Source: Vitrella brassicaformis CCMP3155 (lineage: Eukaryota > Protista > Chromerida). Taken from it: 64,000 nt of DNA. Of the stretch, positions 34,071 to 48,104 are shown one piece after another (the first letter of the stretch is position 1; the number at the start of each line of letters is the position of its first letter). Position numbers and translations under genes: made by a program. The stretch lies in assembly GCA_001179505.1 (NCBI GenBank), contig CDMY01000688.1:1-64000 (forward strand). Direction: 5' to 3'. The notes beneath the pieces were generated by a model. The model did no database searches and had not been told where the DNA came from. It saw nothing but the letters and a program-made list of their open reading frames with translations.

Positions 34071-35217
34071 TCACTTGCTCTCGGGTGCTTTCGGCTTGGG
34101 CGTCCAGTAATAGTCCTGCAGCCGATCGATGGAGTTGTCGCCATCAATCAGCAGGATCTCGCCATTGGGGTAAGGCTTTTCATCAGATATGAGCTTGCAC
34201 ACAAGCTCGCCAATGAGCATCGGATCGCCGAGTTGGCGGCTGGGGTTGTTGGCGTACGCCCACTCCTGCAGCCACGACACACACACACACACGTATCACC
34301 TGGTCGACGGTAGATGAGCTTCCTGCCTGTTGTGGTACCTGTGTGGTCTCAAATCCATCTTGCTTTGCATCGTCAACTAGCATGTCGCTCTCGAAGCCGA
34401 ACGGCGCGATGCCGTAGACAAGCACAGGATGATTCGGGTACTTCGACCTGAAGCTCTCGCTGACAGAGAGAAAACGCACCCCCCCCTGGACACATCAACA
34501 TTGTCGCCTGGCTGCATTTCCGTGCGGAGCCAGACCTGGTCACGTATTGCAGTGTCGACCATATGAGGCTGTTGACCGCACACTTGCTGGCAAAGTAGGC
34601 AGGGAGAGAGCCACCAGCCACGAAATGGTCCGCCGGTGCGCTGTAACACGATGATATGTTGATTATCACGAGGGGCTTGTCTGGGCGTCGATTCCTGAGG
34701 TAGTCTTTGATGGCCAGCTGTGTGCTCGTCAGCACCGCAGTCGTGTTGACGCGCATGACCCTCTCGAACTCTCCTGGCTCCGACTCGAGCAGATCTGCTC
34801 GCTCCGCTGTACCTGCCACACCCACACCCACACCACACATCAATCCCACTGACCTGTGCACTCATTGCAGGACGCATCCGCCGTCTGACCTGCGTTGTTT
34901 ACAATCACGTCTACCCTTCCAAATCGCTCGATGGCCTCATCAAATGTGCGCTCCAGATCCCCAGGTTTTCCAACATCGCACTCCACCGCCATCGCATAGC
35001 GGCCTTCCGGCAAAGCATGCCTCGACGGGCGCACGTCATCGTTGAGGTGCCGCACTTCCTCCTGGCATCTCTGCCGGTCCCGTGAGGCCACAACCACCAT
35101 GTGGCCGCTTCTGATGAGGGCAGTTGATATCCCTTTGCCAATTCCTCGTGCGCCGCCAGTGACAATGGCCACACGTGCATCCGGAAAGCCGTCGGGCCAC
35201 TGCAAAGATCCACTCAT
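34071..35217 (-). CDS. Short-chain dehydrogenase/reductase (multi-exon)
   Basis: VAIVTGGARGIGKGI, VECDV, DVIVNNAG, IINISS, YFASK (YxxxK). Confidence 0.93.
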
Positions 35218-35391
35218 TGTTTCCGGTCGCGAGCTTGAGCTCGCAGGGAAGGCCTGACTGAAATCCTGCTGTGAAGAGGGAGATAACCAGGAGATAACCG
35301 AGCACTGCTTCTCTGGAGAGGGAGATTGCACGGGAACAGGAGGATGCCAGTGAAGTTTGACGCCTGCTGCAGACGGCGATAACCACATGGA

Positions 35392-38300
35392 ATGGCTGAC
35401 AGCATCGGCTGGAGATGGCAGGATGTAGCATCGGCTGGAGATGACATCCTGGTGGAGCAGGAATCAGCGCGTGCAGCAGCCAAGATCAACCACAAAGCCT
35501 CCCCGTGGTCCTGGCGCATCCTTGGCTGCTGCAGCATCATGATCCTGATGAGTGCCGCTTTCCTCACCATAGCCGTTATCTCGCGGTACATTGTGCTCTC
35601 TCATGGGCGGAGTCTGGTCGCCGAAGCTGAAGATCCGCTGGACAGCACCCCGCCGCCCTGGCTCTTCTTGCCCGTCAAGCAGTGTCCGATTGAGTTGGCT
35701 CGGAGCGTCTTCACTGAGGATGACCTCTATGCGCTGAGCAACGACCAGGTTGACGCCTTCACTGCCATTGAGGTGGACGGGAGGTGCCCGCCTCTCAGCA
35801 GGGCGTGCGGCTCGTTCGCCGAATGGCTGGCCGAGGAGAGCGCGCTGCGTGCTGTAGCTGTGAGAAACACGATAGGTGAGTCACCAGACCAGCAACAAGG
35901 CCACTGTGATATATCTCACACGCATCCTGCTGTGTGTGCCCTGTTTGTTGTGTGTGTGTCGCCCAGCCCACGCGTGGGACCAGTACGCGATTCACGCGAT
36001 GGGCGCCGATGAGATCGATGTGGTGCATGGGGAGCCAGCCGCCGAGTGGGGCGGCACATTCGCCGTGCAGCTCATCGACTCGCTCGACACCCTCTATCTG
36101 GCGGGCTTCCACCAGCAGTTTGATGATGCCATCGAGTGGCTGGTCGACAATGTCCACTACGACCACCACATCAACGTCAATGTGTTTGAGACGACCATCA
36201 GGCAGCTCGGTGGGCTCCTCAGCGCATACCACCTCTCTGGCTTGCCGAGGCAAGACGACAGGTGGGGCGCCCAGCATGAGCCCTTCTACGACCGGGAGGA
36301 TCTCCTGGACAGCGCTGTGTCGTTGGGCGAGCGACTGATGAGGGCCTTCCCGTTGCCATTGCACTTGCAGCCCGACAGGAATGTCACTGCTGCAACTGTT
36401 GCGGGGGATGTGGAGGGTGGCGTGTGCGTGGGGTGGAGGTGTGAGAGCATGATGGCCTGGGAGTTCGAGGAGCTGCTGGCGTCGGATGTCAACCTGCGCA
36501 CGGGCGAGACCCAGAACCTGGCACACTTTGCATCCCTGGCCGGTACGGTGCGGTACCTGTGCCGATGGGTGGGGGCACGTGGCGTGGCGTGGCGGCGCTC
36601 ATTCCTGCCTGCCTGTTGTCTGTCTTTTCTGCAGAGGTGGGCACTCTCCAGCTGGAGCTTAAGATGCTAAGTGAGTTGACGGGGGACTGCCGCTTCTCTC
36701 AAGCAGCCGACGCGACGCTGGACCTGATCGAGAGGAAGCTCCAGATCTCCGACCAGGGCCTGGCGCCCATCCTGTTGGTGCCATACACTCTCAGCCCACC
36801 ACGAGCCAACATGGACCCTCGATGCCACCCCTTCCTCCCGCCCGAGTACATGGTCTATTTCAATATGAAGCTCGTGCAGGACCAGGAGGGTGGTGAGGGA
36901 GAGGCCACCGTGAGCGATCCGGTGGTGTACCCGCCGAGGTGTCCGGTCTTCTCTCTGGGGGCCAGAGGGGACTCATTCTACGAGTACTTGGTCAAGGAGT
37001 GGATTTCGACTGGTGAGGGAGGGCAAGAGTGAAGGGCTTACAGAAATACGTGCGTATCGACCCCTTGTGTTCTTTCTGCCCGGCAGGTCGGTCCGACCCC
37101 GTCCTCGAGAAGATGATAGCAGGTTTCCTGCAGCAGCTGCCGATCCTGCTGGTCAAGACCACCTACACGCCGCCCCCCCTCCCCTATAACATCACGTCGA
37201 CTCCCCCAGACAGCCCCCTGGTGCAGGGCCTGGCTGAGGGCTCCCTACACTTCCCTGCGAAGGAGATGGTCTATGTGCGGGAGGTGATCGGCGACCAGGG
37301 GACGATCGAGGGGTCCTTCCGGGCATACTTGGCCGTCAAGCGGTGGAAAGAGGAAATGGGTTTCGTGGATAGGGATGCAGGGGCATCTCAACACGGAGAG
37401 GAGGAGGGCGAGAGTGGTGAGGACGCAGAGGCGGCTGCTCTGGTCAGACAGTTCCACGCCATCATGCCCAAGTCACCCATCGGAGACCCCAAGATGGACC
37501 ATCTCGTGTGCTTCCTTCCCGGGCTCATCATGCTGCTTGTCGCCAGTGGCTTCTTCGAGCACCGCAGGAAGAAACCCACGCCGACCTTCACGAAGGATCA
37601 GTACGTGTGGGTGGCGGAGGAGGTCGCCAAGACGTGTGTGCACTCGTACTTCAGAACCGTCACAGGTGGGTGACGTGATGGGATCGGCGCACCTGCACAT
37701 GGTGGATGTATCGAAGAACCTCCCGCCTCGTCTCGTGTGTGTGTGTCTGCAGGTTTGGCTCCCGAGATCGTGCGGTTCGATGCCAAGGGCATGGTGGATG
37801 ACCTCGGCGCCATGCACTCCCTCCTGCGACCCGAGACCATCGAGTCTCTGTTTTATCTCAACCGGTTCTCAGCATGGACGCCCCGCCCACGGCCAAAAGT
37901 CACACAGCCGGCCGACCAGGCTGGGAGTGACGAGTCGCCCCAGAGGCGAGCGATGTCTGTCGAGCGCGAGAGGGAGCTGAGGGAGGCGATCAAGGGCCTG
38001 CGCTACAGGAACTTTGGCTGGCGCATCTACCGTGCTATCGAGACGGTCGCCAAGGTGCCCTACGGCTATGCGTCGGTCGAGAACGTGCAGAGGTGGCCCC
38101 CCACCCTGCTCGGCCGCTGCCACACCTTCGTCAGCGCCGAGACCTTCAAGTACCTTTATCTGCTCTACGCCGAGCCGCCCCTTTCGCGACACCGCCCCCG
38201 CCACCCGCACAGAGCAGACGACACGACCGTGCCGTTGGATCTTGACTCAATCGTCTTCAACACCGAGGCTCATCCGCTGCCCATCTTGCGCAAGGGCGGC

Positions 38301-38570
38301 AGGTGTGGGCGAGTGGCGAGGGCGAAACACTCTGAGCGGAAGAGGCGACGGCAGAAAAAGCGACAAGAAGAGATGAGGGCGGTCGACGCGACAGCGAGGA
38401 ACTGCACTCCTGCCAGTGGGGTGTGTGTAGGCCGTCTCGCCACTGCCATGTCGCTGAGCGAGATACCGTCGGCTGCTGCTGGACCCTCGTCGCATCCCAG
38501 GTGTGCTCGCATGACCTTGTCCTCGGTGTTCGCCCCTGTCTGCCAGGCGCATGAGAGGATGTGGCTGTGA
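35392..38570 (+). CDS. Class I alpha-1,2-mannosidase, glycoside hydrolase family 47, type II membrane protein
   Basis: N-terminal TM segment; AWDQYAIHAMGADE, LIDSLDTL, VFETTIRQLGGLLSAY, LGARGDSFYEYLVK, MDHLVCF, GLAPEI, LRPETIES, AETFKYLYLL, VFNTEAHP. Confidence 0.95.
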
Positions 38571-39221
38571 GGGCGGGCGGATGGGTGTGTGTGGATACGA
38601 TACACGTTGAGTCGAGCTGTGCGGGTGGTGTACAGGGTGCATCTTCCTTTCGCTGTCCAAGCCTGTATGTTTCGGTCTGTTTCCGTCCCCGCCTGTCTGT
38701 GTTGTGTTGGTTTCCCCGTCGATGTGCAGTGCAGCCAGTCGGTGGTCTGTCTGGTTTGGTTGAGGCAGGCGGTAAGTCTTTGCCGTCTGTGTGCTGTGTG
38801 TGTGTTGGTCTCTGGTTTTATCTTTGTCATGTCAGTCAGTCAGTCGTCATCAGTCGCTCTCTCTGTCAGTCAGTCAGTCAGTCGCCTTTATTGGTGGATT
38901 GGTCGATGTTATGTTGCATGACCGAGTGTCAGTGGCATACACACAGCACGGACGGACGACGGCATGGCATGCAAATCATGGATGGCATCATTGCATGCAG
39001 GGTGTCGCTTCGGACACTACACTGTCGGCGCGCATAAATCTTCACGTGAACGCTGTGACGATCCACAAGGGATGGATGGATGGATGGACGGATGGACACT
39101 CCACATGTGGACAAGACATCAAAAGAGGGAATCGGGGCAGACGTGTATGTATGCATCGCCGGCACACTCGCATCGCAAACCATCGTGCTTCTCTCGCAGT
39201 CACGCGAATGTCAACACTGCT

Positions 39222-39455
39222 TCAAGACACAAACGGCACAGACACACACACACACAGACATTCACAGGTGTGGTGTGGTGTCTCAGCGAGAGAGTGTAGT
39301 CTGCCAACGCAGCGCGTACGTCGTTTCGGCGTCGAGAAGTGTGGACAGATGTCGGACGGCGTGAGCCCATTGATGAGCTGCCGATCCACCGCTCTCGCGA
39401 AAAAGAGCAGCAGCTGAGACATGGCGGATATCACCTGGAAACCATGCGACACAGA

Positions 39456-39489
<34 letters not shown>

Positions 39490-41847
39490 TGTGTGTGTAC
39501 CATGGCCACCATGTTCAACAACAGGACGGTGACAGATGTCCTGAGCACGCCAGGTCCCGATTGGCACCTGCATATAGGCAAATTGTTCCAGCGAATAAAA
39601 ATCTGTTAGCACATCACACACATCCAGAGGGAGACGGGCACAGCGACACAGCACAGTGGGTGACATTCTGTCTGCCCTCTAGCTTTCTGTCGCAGCTGGC
39701 TGCTATGTGTTGTGTGCACTGCACTGACTATGTACAGGATGGCCTCGAGAAACGACTCCACTGCGATGAGGCAGACCAGGAGAGAAAGGTCCTGCGCCGC
39801 GCCACCCCAAGCGGCCATACATGTTGATTGCACATCTATATGAGGTATGGCCATCTATCCATTGTGTGTGTACCTCGAGAAGAGACACGATGGACGGGTA
39901 CACAATCTGCCGTATCGTTATGACCATCAGGTTTGTAAACAGGAATAACACCGTCTCGCAGAAGCTGTAGATCAGGATTGCTGAGAAAAAGGGAGATAAC
40001 AAACAAAGATATGCAACACAAACAAACGTCACACGCGATGGATGGCACCCCCCTCTCGTGTGTATTCCTCTGGTGTGTGTTTCCAGGTACCTACTCATGC
40101 ACAAGCTGTGCAAGTATCTCGGGCTGACGACACGTTTGACAAGGGCCGTCTGCAGGTTGAGCGACGCAGACCGGGAGAACGACTTGGAGGACTCCACGAT
40201 GATCATGAGGCTCGCCAGGGTGGTCCGCTTCCGTACGATGTGATTGGGCGAAGAGGACTCCTCTTCAGCCATCGCCGGCGCGTCTCTTCGTGTCTCCGTC
40301 TCGGGCGGCCGGCCACAGACCGAGTGCTGCACGGCTCGCTTGACCGCGAGGTAGAGGAGGATGGAGTATGGGATGCAAATATCGCCGATCAGGTCGATGA
40401 GCGCGAGAAACAGTGAGGTGAGGAGGCGGTGGCCGAAGGCGTCCATCCGGGCTTGAACGACTCTTGGGATGGCAAGGTAGATTATGGTGGGCCAGGCCAC
40501 AATGGCCATTGAGCGCGTCGGGTTCCCTTGCTGCCGTGCAGAGGGAGGCACACGACACCGACAGAAAGCAGGTGTTCACACGTTCACTCACGCAGCTTTC
40601 ATTGATGTGTCTCCTCTGCCCACCTCACCCACCTTGAGATTCCTTGCAGCTTTGGTTGCCATGGCCATGAAGGGATACATGACAATCAACGACTGAAATG
40701 CCACCCAGCCCCTCTCCCTGTCGCTCTGTGCGTGAAAGGCTGCGGGCAGAATGATGAACCACCACAGAAGACTTATGCTAAGCCCCATCAAGCACACGAA
40801 CGACATCCGAGCAGCGTAAGCACGCCGCTTCTCGAGCTTGGTCAGCTCTCCGACCTGCAGCAAGGACATGTAGGGCGCGAAAAGGGAGCTCGTGAGCCAC
40901 CACAGCGGGCCCAGCAGGTACTTCCGCCAGGGGTCCAGCTCTGGGTAGCAGCTGAGCACCGATATGCCCACAGCAGCGGCAAGTGCGGGCAGGTAATAGA
41001 ACCACGTGCGCCATATACGGTACATGACGAGGTGTGGATACGGCCCCTCGATAATGATGGCGAAGTACACTGCGAAAGTCCCAAGGACTATGGCGCGGTT
41101 GGCGATGTCGACCACAGCCCACCCAGCCGGCGGAAGCTTCGCGTCGACGCAGAGGTAGACATATCCGATGCAGACCGCGACGCTGACGGCGGCGATCCCG
41201 AAAGAGACGGCTGTCTGGACGGCAAGGGCCCTCATGACTCGCCTCACTGTGGAGAGGAAGGGTTCTGGAACGAACTTGGTGCCAATCAACCTCTCCCGAC
41301 CATCTTCCTGTCTCTCGTACTGGAGGATAGTCTCAAACTCCTCAAAGGCGGCCTGGTCCCAGCCCGCAGCTGCCCTGAACTCCTTCACCAGCAACTTAAT
41401 CGCCCGCTCCTCCTTCCGCATCCCACGGCCCTCCTCTGTGCAAGAGGGCGAGTTCGACGCAGCGCTGTCGTCTGGCGGCGCGATGGTGTCGTCTCCGGCG
41501 CTCTCATAAGAGAAACGGCGCCCTCGGTGGTCCCTTATGGCCTCCCTCATAATCTGCATGTTGTCCGTGAAGGCCGTGCTGCTGTGAGAGAGCGTCGAAC
41601 CATATCGGCGGGGGGCCTCCGATTTCTCACTTTCGCCGCCCGCTTGGTGTTCTTCTGCGGCTCCGTGTTGGCCAACGTCGTCGAATGAGTCCACACGTTG
41701 TGGCGCACTGAGCTCAGAGCGGCTGCCGGTGGGATGGTCACTGCCCACATCGCCTCTGATCTGCGTGATGCGCACCGAGTGGAGCCGGGGGCGGGATGCA
41801 CGACCGGGAGGCGTGCTGTGGGATGGAATTCCGTTGTTCTCGCTCAT
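39222..41847 (-). CDS. Multipass membrane protein of unknown function
   Basis: 419-codon first exon with a hydrophilic N-terminus followed by several hydrophobic helices; further TM-rich exons at ~40050-40550 and ~39500-39990. 3' end approximate. Confidence 0.7.
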
Positions 41848-44285
41848 TCTCCGAGTCGTTGTTTGAAATTCGTTGGGGGCAGGCTAGGGGTCGGGAGGAA
41901 AGGAAAGATCGCGAGACAAAACGTCTCTGGGTGCTCCGACCAGGGTCACCTGACCTAGGGCATATTGCACGTACATCGTTACGTCGTCGTCTGTCTGCGA
42001 ATGCCTAACCACTGAAGATTACACTGACCCGACCTTACCTGGCTGATTCACACAGAGGTCACACCCAGGTCACACCACCACACAGCACAGCACTGGGCGC
42101 GGCGCGGCGCCGCATGACATGACACCGGCTGAGCGCCTCAGCCCGCCCTCACGGGCGGGCCCGCCCACTGAGTTACGCACACGTACACACAGCACACGCA
42201 TAGCATATCGTACACAGACGACTGACTTGACTGACTTGTCACGAGTGACAGACACACCAGACAGACAGACAGACCCTGACAGACACAGACTCATGAAGCC
42301 CCCTCCCTCCCCATACACGGGCAGGCAGGCAGGCAGCCGCCTATCTCGGTGCATGTCTCCCCCCCCTTCCCTCTCCCATGCCCCGCCCGGTGAGTGAGTG
42401 AATGAATGAATTCAAAGTATGTAAGGACTGACTGTACTGACGCTGTGCGGTCAGCCTATGCGTGTGGGTCAGGCAGCACCAAGGATGGATGGATGGATGA
42501 ATGGATGGATGTCAAAACCGACTACCTGCATGCTGCACGCATGCACGACGGAGAGACGACTAGATGTGCCTTCCTTCCTGTCATCTTTCATGTCACGAGT
42601 GACTGACCCACAAGCGCGCACGCACAAGCACACGCAGACAACAGCCTGTGCACACACCACACACCACACACATGGATGGCTGGATGGATGGATCGATGGG
42701 TAGCCGGCTGGCTGTGCTGCGTCATGTGTGAGTATGTGGCAGGGGCCCGTTTGTTCGTTCGTTCGTCCATCGAGTGCTCCGAGGGCACACACACCAAACA
42801 AGCATCCATGCCCCCAGGAATGAACGAAGGAAGCAACAAAGCAGACGCAACAAAAGGTTCATCGAGAAAAACACCGACAGACAAACTGGCACACACGTGA
42901 ATCCACACACACACACACACACGCACACACACACACACCACATGGAGGTCACGCACGCACCCCGCTGGCCGTGAACGTATGCCCGGGGCAAATCAGCAGG
43001 GCGCGCCGTGAGTGAAAAAACACCTCAGCCCCCATGTGATGACTGTCATGTGGGCGAGGTGGGAGCGACGGTCGACGCAATGATTGCGGCACGGCACTGG
43101 CAGGCAGGCAGGCAGGCAGGCAGGCGGGCAACCACAACCACCCACACGCATGGAAGTATGCGTGAGCATGTGTGAGCATGTGTGTGTGTATGTATTGTGT
43201 ATGTTGTGCCTGACTGACGAGTGGCAGACAGACAGACAGAAGGAGAGGACGGCTGCAGGCAAGGAACCAGCCATAAGCAGGTAGGTGTAAGCAGCCACCA
43301 GGCCAGGCAGACAAGCATCCATCGATCGGAGAACAAACAAAAAGACCGACAGATAAACAAACGGAGAGCGATGAATGCAATGCGCAGAGCATTGGACGCC
43401 CCTTTCGCCCACAACCCACCACCCACCCACCACACCACACCACACCCACACCAATTAGAGCAGAGCACGTGAGGCCTTCTCACAAGAGAGAGAGAAGATG
43501 CACGAGTGAGTATCAACAGCAGAACCAAGGCAGCAAGAATGAGTAACAAGAATGTACACCACAGCCCATTCCTGGGTCCACAGCGATAGTCACCCGGCCA
43601 CCCTTGGCCAAGCAGATGGGCATGAGAGAGAGAGAGAGAGACAGAGAGTGGCGAGGCAGCAGGAAGTGCGTACAGTCGGAGCGAAACCATCCATCCATCC
43701 ATTCACACGGAGAAAAATGACACTTACATGAAAACACCATCAACCATCCAAGGACATGTCCACCATTGCATGTCCCGGTCAGCATCCCTCGGCTGATCTG
43801 ACCACCACCACTCACCCTTCCCCCCCGCGTTCCACCCCTAAGAAAACAGCGAGTCTGCGGGATCGGCAAAAAAAAAAACCAACCCGGAGAGTAAAACCCC
43901 AGCGGCATGCACACGCACGTGTCTGCGACAAAAGGCGCGAAAACAACGCCATTCGAAACATCGCCCGATGGAAACAACCAAGCAGGCAGGCAGGCAGGTA
44001 GGACTGGTAAATGGTCAGCAGCTGGCATCCGCCATTCCGTTCATCGCAGCACATAAACAAACCGAACCGCGAGCGAGCACCTGTGTGTATGATTGATATG
44101 ATGACATCAAGAAACACCGGACGGACGGACGGACGGACGCATCTAGACAGATTACCTTACCGATCCAACCACCACCCTACACCACCCGACCCTGACAGCC
44201 CATCCATCCATCCCCCCATCCCCCCCTCTCCCCTCTCTCCCCTGAGTGTGTGAATGAATCTGACTGAGATGTCTGTATGCCAAGC
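41848..44285. repeat. Microsatellite-dense intergenic/UTR region: (GGAT)n, (GGCA)n, (CA)n, (GA)n, (GGAC)n
   Basis: Seen directly; ORFs here are low-complexity. Confidence 0.8.
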
Positions 44286-47200
44286 CTATCGGCCGGGCGG
44301 CACATACCCGTTCGTGTGCCCTGGTGGGGGCAGGGGCACCGGTGCATCGCTCGACAGCGGCGCCCCGTTGGTTGGCGGGTGGTCAATGTCATCTTCGCGC
44401 CTCCGACCACCCGGCAGCCCCTCGCCCTGCTCCTGAGCGTTGGTGTCGTTGAGCTCTGCGGTCGAGTCCGACCCGCCAAACACAGGTTTCATGTACTTGG
44501 CGTCGAAGTCATGCCACCAGCGATGGACGCCGCGCCGCAGTGCGCGGGGGTAGACGGGCATGGCGACCAGCGAGCCCAGCCCCCGCATGATGCGCGGCAC
44601 CCACTCGCCCTCACCCGTCCCGGCGGCCCGCTGCTGCTGGTCGGCGCCGTCAAGCGGAAGCGGGCCTGTCCCCACAGTTGTGTCGAATGGGGGCGGGTAG
44701 CTGGAGCCCGACGGGTAGTCAGATGGGAACTGCCCGCCGCCCGGAGCGGTGTAGGGCACCAGCCGGGGCAGCCCGTGCTCCGCGTCGAGAGCAGGGGGCC
44801 GCATTTCTTCGTTTTCGAAGACAGCCTGCTGCGCCAGGGGTGTGCCTATGGAGCGACTCCTGCTGAAGGGCCGGACGGCGTACGCGAGGGCGGGTGGGGG
44901 GGTCTGTGAGGGGCGGAGTGTGCCGTTGGTGGGCATGGGGCCGTTGGATGTGCGTGAGCGGATCATGGGTGGGGGTGTGCGGGACCGGGGTGGCGGGGTG
45001 GCGTAGTGGGCGTGGGCGACGTCGGACCAGTCGACGATGGCCTCGCGCCGGATGACGTCACGGGGGATCAGGTGGGTCTGCAACCCACTCTGAGTGTGGT
45101 GTATACAGAAGGGAAGGAAATAGACACTAGTCGTTGCACATCCTCGTTGCTTCTGTGTGTGTATGTGTGTGTGTGTGTGGTTTGCTTACCGCTGCCCCGA
45201 TGGAGTCGGTGACGCCCCTCTCTATCGACTTGCACATCTGTTCCTCCCACAGACACGACGCTGAAATGGCTGCAGCCACACACAAAACATACATGCAACC
45301 AAAGAAAGACACGTGATGTGTGTCTTGCAGACTGACTGACCGAGGACGCCGCTGAAGACGAGCAGGTTGAGCAGGACGACGCCCAGCACAGTGGATATCA
45401 GGATGATGTCCCCCAGTGTCTTGACCTCCGGGTTCTCGGTGGTGCGGTGGACGTAGTTGACAATCAACGCATACGACACGACACCTAACCGATGACAGAT
45501 GGATGGATGCGGCCACCACACAGACAGACGGTAGACGATCGCATCGAGCCCGTCTCGACTCTCTTCTCTTCTCGTGGCTCACGGACCCACCCACCTCTCA
45601 TCATGCCTCCGAGGATAACGAGCAGCACCTCTTTGCGCAGGACGGGCAATCGCATGTTGCACCGGAGCATCATGGACAGGCCGAAGAGCAGCGACACCAC
45701 CACCGCCCGCACCAGGGGAATGAGGCCCGTGTAGGTGAGGATCAGCATGGGCGAGAAGTACTTGGCGCTCGCCAGGTAGGTGCACGACGCCACACCGAAG
45801 TAGGAGAACACAAACGCCTCCGCAATGTAGCCCTGCAGGGCACCCAACCAACATAATCCCACATCTTTGTGTGTGTGTGTGTGTGTGTACTGTCATGCGT
45901 GAGGCCTCGGTGGCAAGAATCTGCCCTGTGGCGTCGAGAGAATGGTACGCATAATGGCCCGTGACAACGCCACACCTGCACAAACACACGAGAAGTGATG
46001 TCACTGAACTGATGCGCTTGTGGGAGGGAGGGAGGGAGGGAGGGAGGGCGACTGACTCACCAGAAGACGGAGAGGATAGCGGAGCATCCGACGCACTCGG
46101 CGGTGATGTAGCAGGTGTACATCCATATGAAGATGACGGCCACTGCCTGCACCGGCGTCTCGTTGATCAGCTCACGCGTCTTACGGAAACACCACGACAG
46201 CGCCAAACCGAACCCAAGCCTTCATGACAATGACAACACACACACAGACAGACAGAGTACCGACCGACACAATGACAATGAATGCCTGCAGCCCGTCCGT
46301 GTGTGTGTGTGTGTGTGGGTGGGTGTGTGGGTGGGCCCACCGCTCACCCGACGGCAGTGGATGTGAAGAGCAGGAAGAAGACCCTCAGCATGAGCGGCTT
46401 GAGGACCTCCCCTGTGTCGGGGTCGGCCGTCTCGTTGCCAGTGCTGTTGCGTTTGAGGTCCTCCATCACACTCGCCAGCGACTGGCTCATGATGATCGAC
46501 ACCACATCGTTCAGGATGCTCTCGCCTGCAACCCAACCATCGCACATGGCATGGCACACAGCACAGGGGTCAAGTCAATGCCTGTCTGCTTCGGCTGGGA
46601 GCAGCTGATGTGTGTCCGTCCCGGTTACCGAATATGATGGAGTGGACGCGCGGAAACTGATCGCCCCGGACAAAGGAAAGCGACGCTGCGAGACGAGACG
46701 ACAGCAAGCGCTTTGTCTTTACGTGAATTCGATGGCCACACTCGTCCTTGCGGCCTGCTGTGCTTACCGACGGTGTCGGTGCAGCAGAGTGTGGCACCGA
46801 TGATCAGGAACTTCTCCAAGGACAACTCAGCTAACAGCCAACACACACACACACACACACACACATGCTGTGTGTGCTCTGCCTGCGCCGGTCGTGTGTT
46901 CTGACTTACCGATGACGGTGCCGTCGAACGTTCGGTATTGTGCGATGGAGTGGAAGACGTACGGCATGTAGATGAGGGCCAAGAAGGTGAGAATCGTGCC
47001 CACAACGCCCAGCAGAGAGATGTACCCGAAGTACCTGAACGGTTGAAGAAATCAACACACAAGCACACACAATCCTTCTGTCTTGAAGCCTCACTGATTG
47101 CAACATTCCATTCAGCTCCCTCCCTCACCTGTAGAACATCTTCTTCTTGCAGTTGAATCCCGCGCCAAAAATGATGGGCGGCAAAATGACGTAACTGACC

Positions 47201-47630
47201 AAACACCAGACCACACCAGACCCCTGTGCTGTGTTGTGCTGCGTAGGGGCTCCCTCACCCAATCGGCCGGCCGGGCGGCTCACCTGAAGATGTTGAAGCT
47301 GAAGGAGATGCCTGGTGGTCGGTCTGAGAGGTATGAGACGACGAAGCCCAGGACGATGCCGAATATGACGGACAGGGCCGACTCGTGGGTGACCTTGACG
47401 GGCATCTTCTCTATCACGTAGCCGCCAACCACATACAACAGCAGCAGCAGACACACTGACACACCGACCAATCAGCGAGCCCACATAAGCAACACACACA
47501 CACACACAGGACGATCAGTGTGCCTCGTTTGTGTGTCTTGTGTGTGTGTGTGCAGCAGCTTACGGCAGAGATCCCAGATGCCGAATATTTCATCCTGGGC
47601 CAGAGTCCCCAGCAGGACGCCGCCAGACAT
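44286..47630 (-). CDS. Na+/H+ exchanger, CPA1/NHE family (multi-exon)
   Basis: VILPPIIFGAGF, ISLLGVVGT, GATLCCTDTV, HSIIFGESILNDVVSII, AEAFVFSYFG, GGMMRG..SYAL; cytosolic tail with KYMKPVF. Confidence 0.92.
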
Positions 47631-48104
47631 CGTGAGTGACTCAATGCGTTCGCGCGTTAGGTGCACTCACTGCACGGCCCAGCAGCCAATTCAGCTAGAG
47701 AGCATACCACACGGCACAAGCACCAGGGCCAGCTGAGCGTCTGAATCCACCCAGGCACAGCCGCTGTCTGAGGCAGTCGCTGGAACAGAAGATATTCTTC
47801 TGCTCTATCTTGACAGAGCAGAAACAAAGGCAGGGGACGCTCTTCACCTACACGGCAATGTCCTCTTGTGTGCCCGAGGCGCTCTTTTTGCCGAGGAGAG
47901 CTGCGGATCGCTGATGCACATCTGCGAGCTAAGGAGGAAGAGAAAACGAAACGCGCCACGGAGGTACGGAGCAGTGTGCAGTGACAAGGCTGATGCAATT
48001 GAATCAGATCAGCCAGGTTGCGTCTCATCTGCAGTCTCGTTCATCTCATTCATCGCCCCAAGCCCCCACCCGAAACAGCGAATTCATCAAGTAATCAACC
48101 GACC

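Noticed and set aside
42100-44280. CRISPR-like or structured repeat array
   Set aside because: Only 2-5-bp microsatellites are present; there is no constant repeat with unique spacers.
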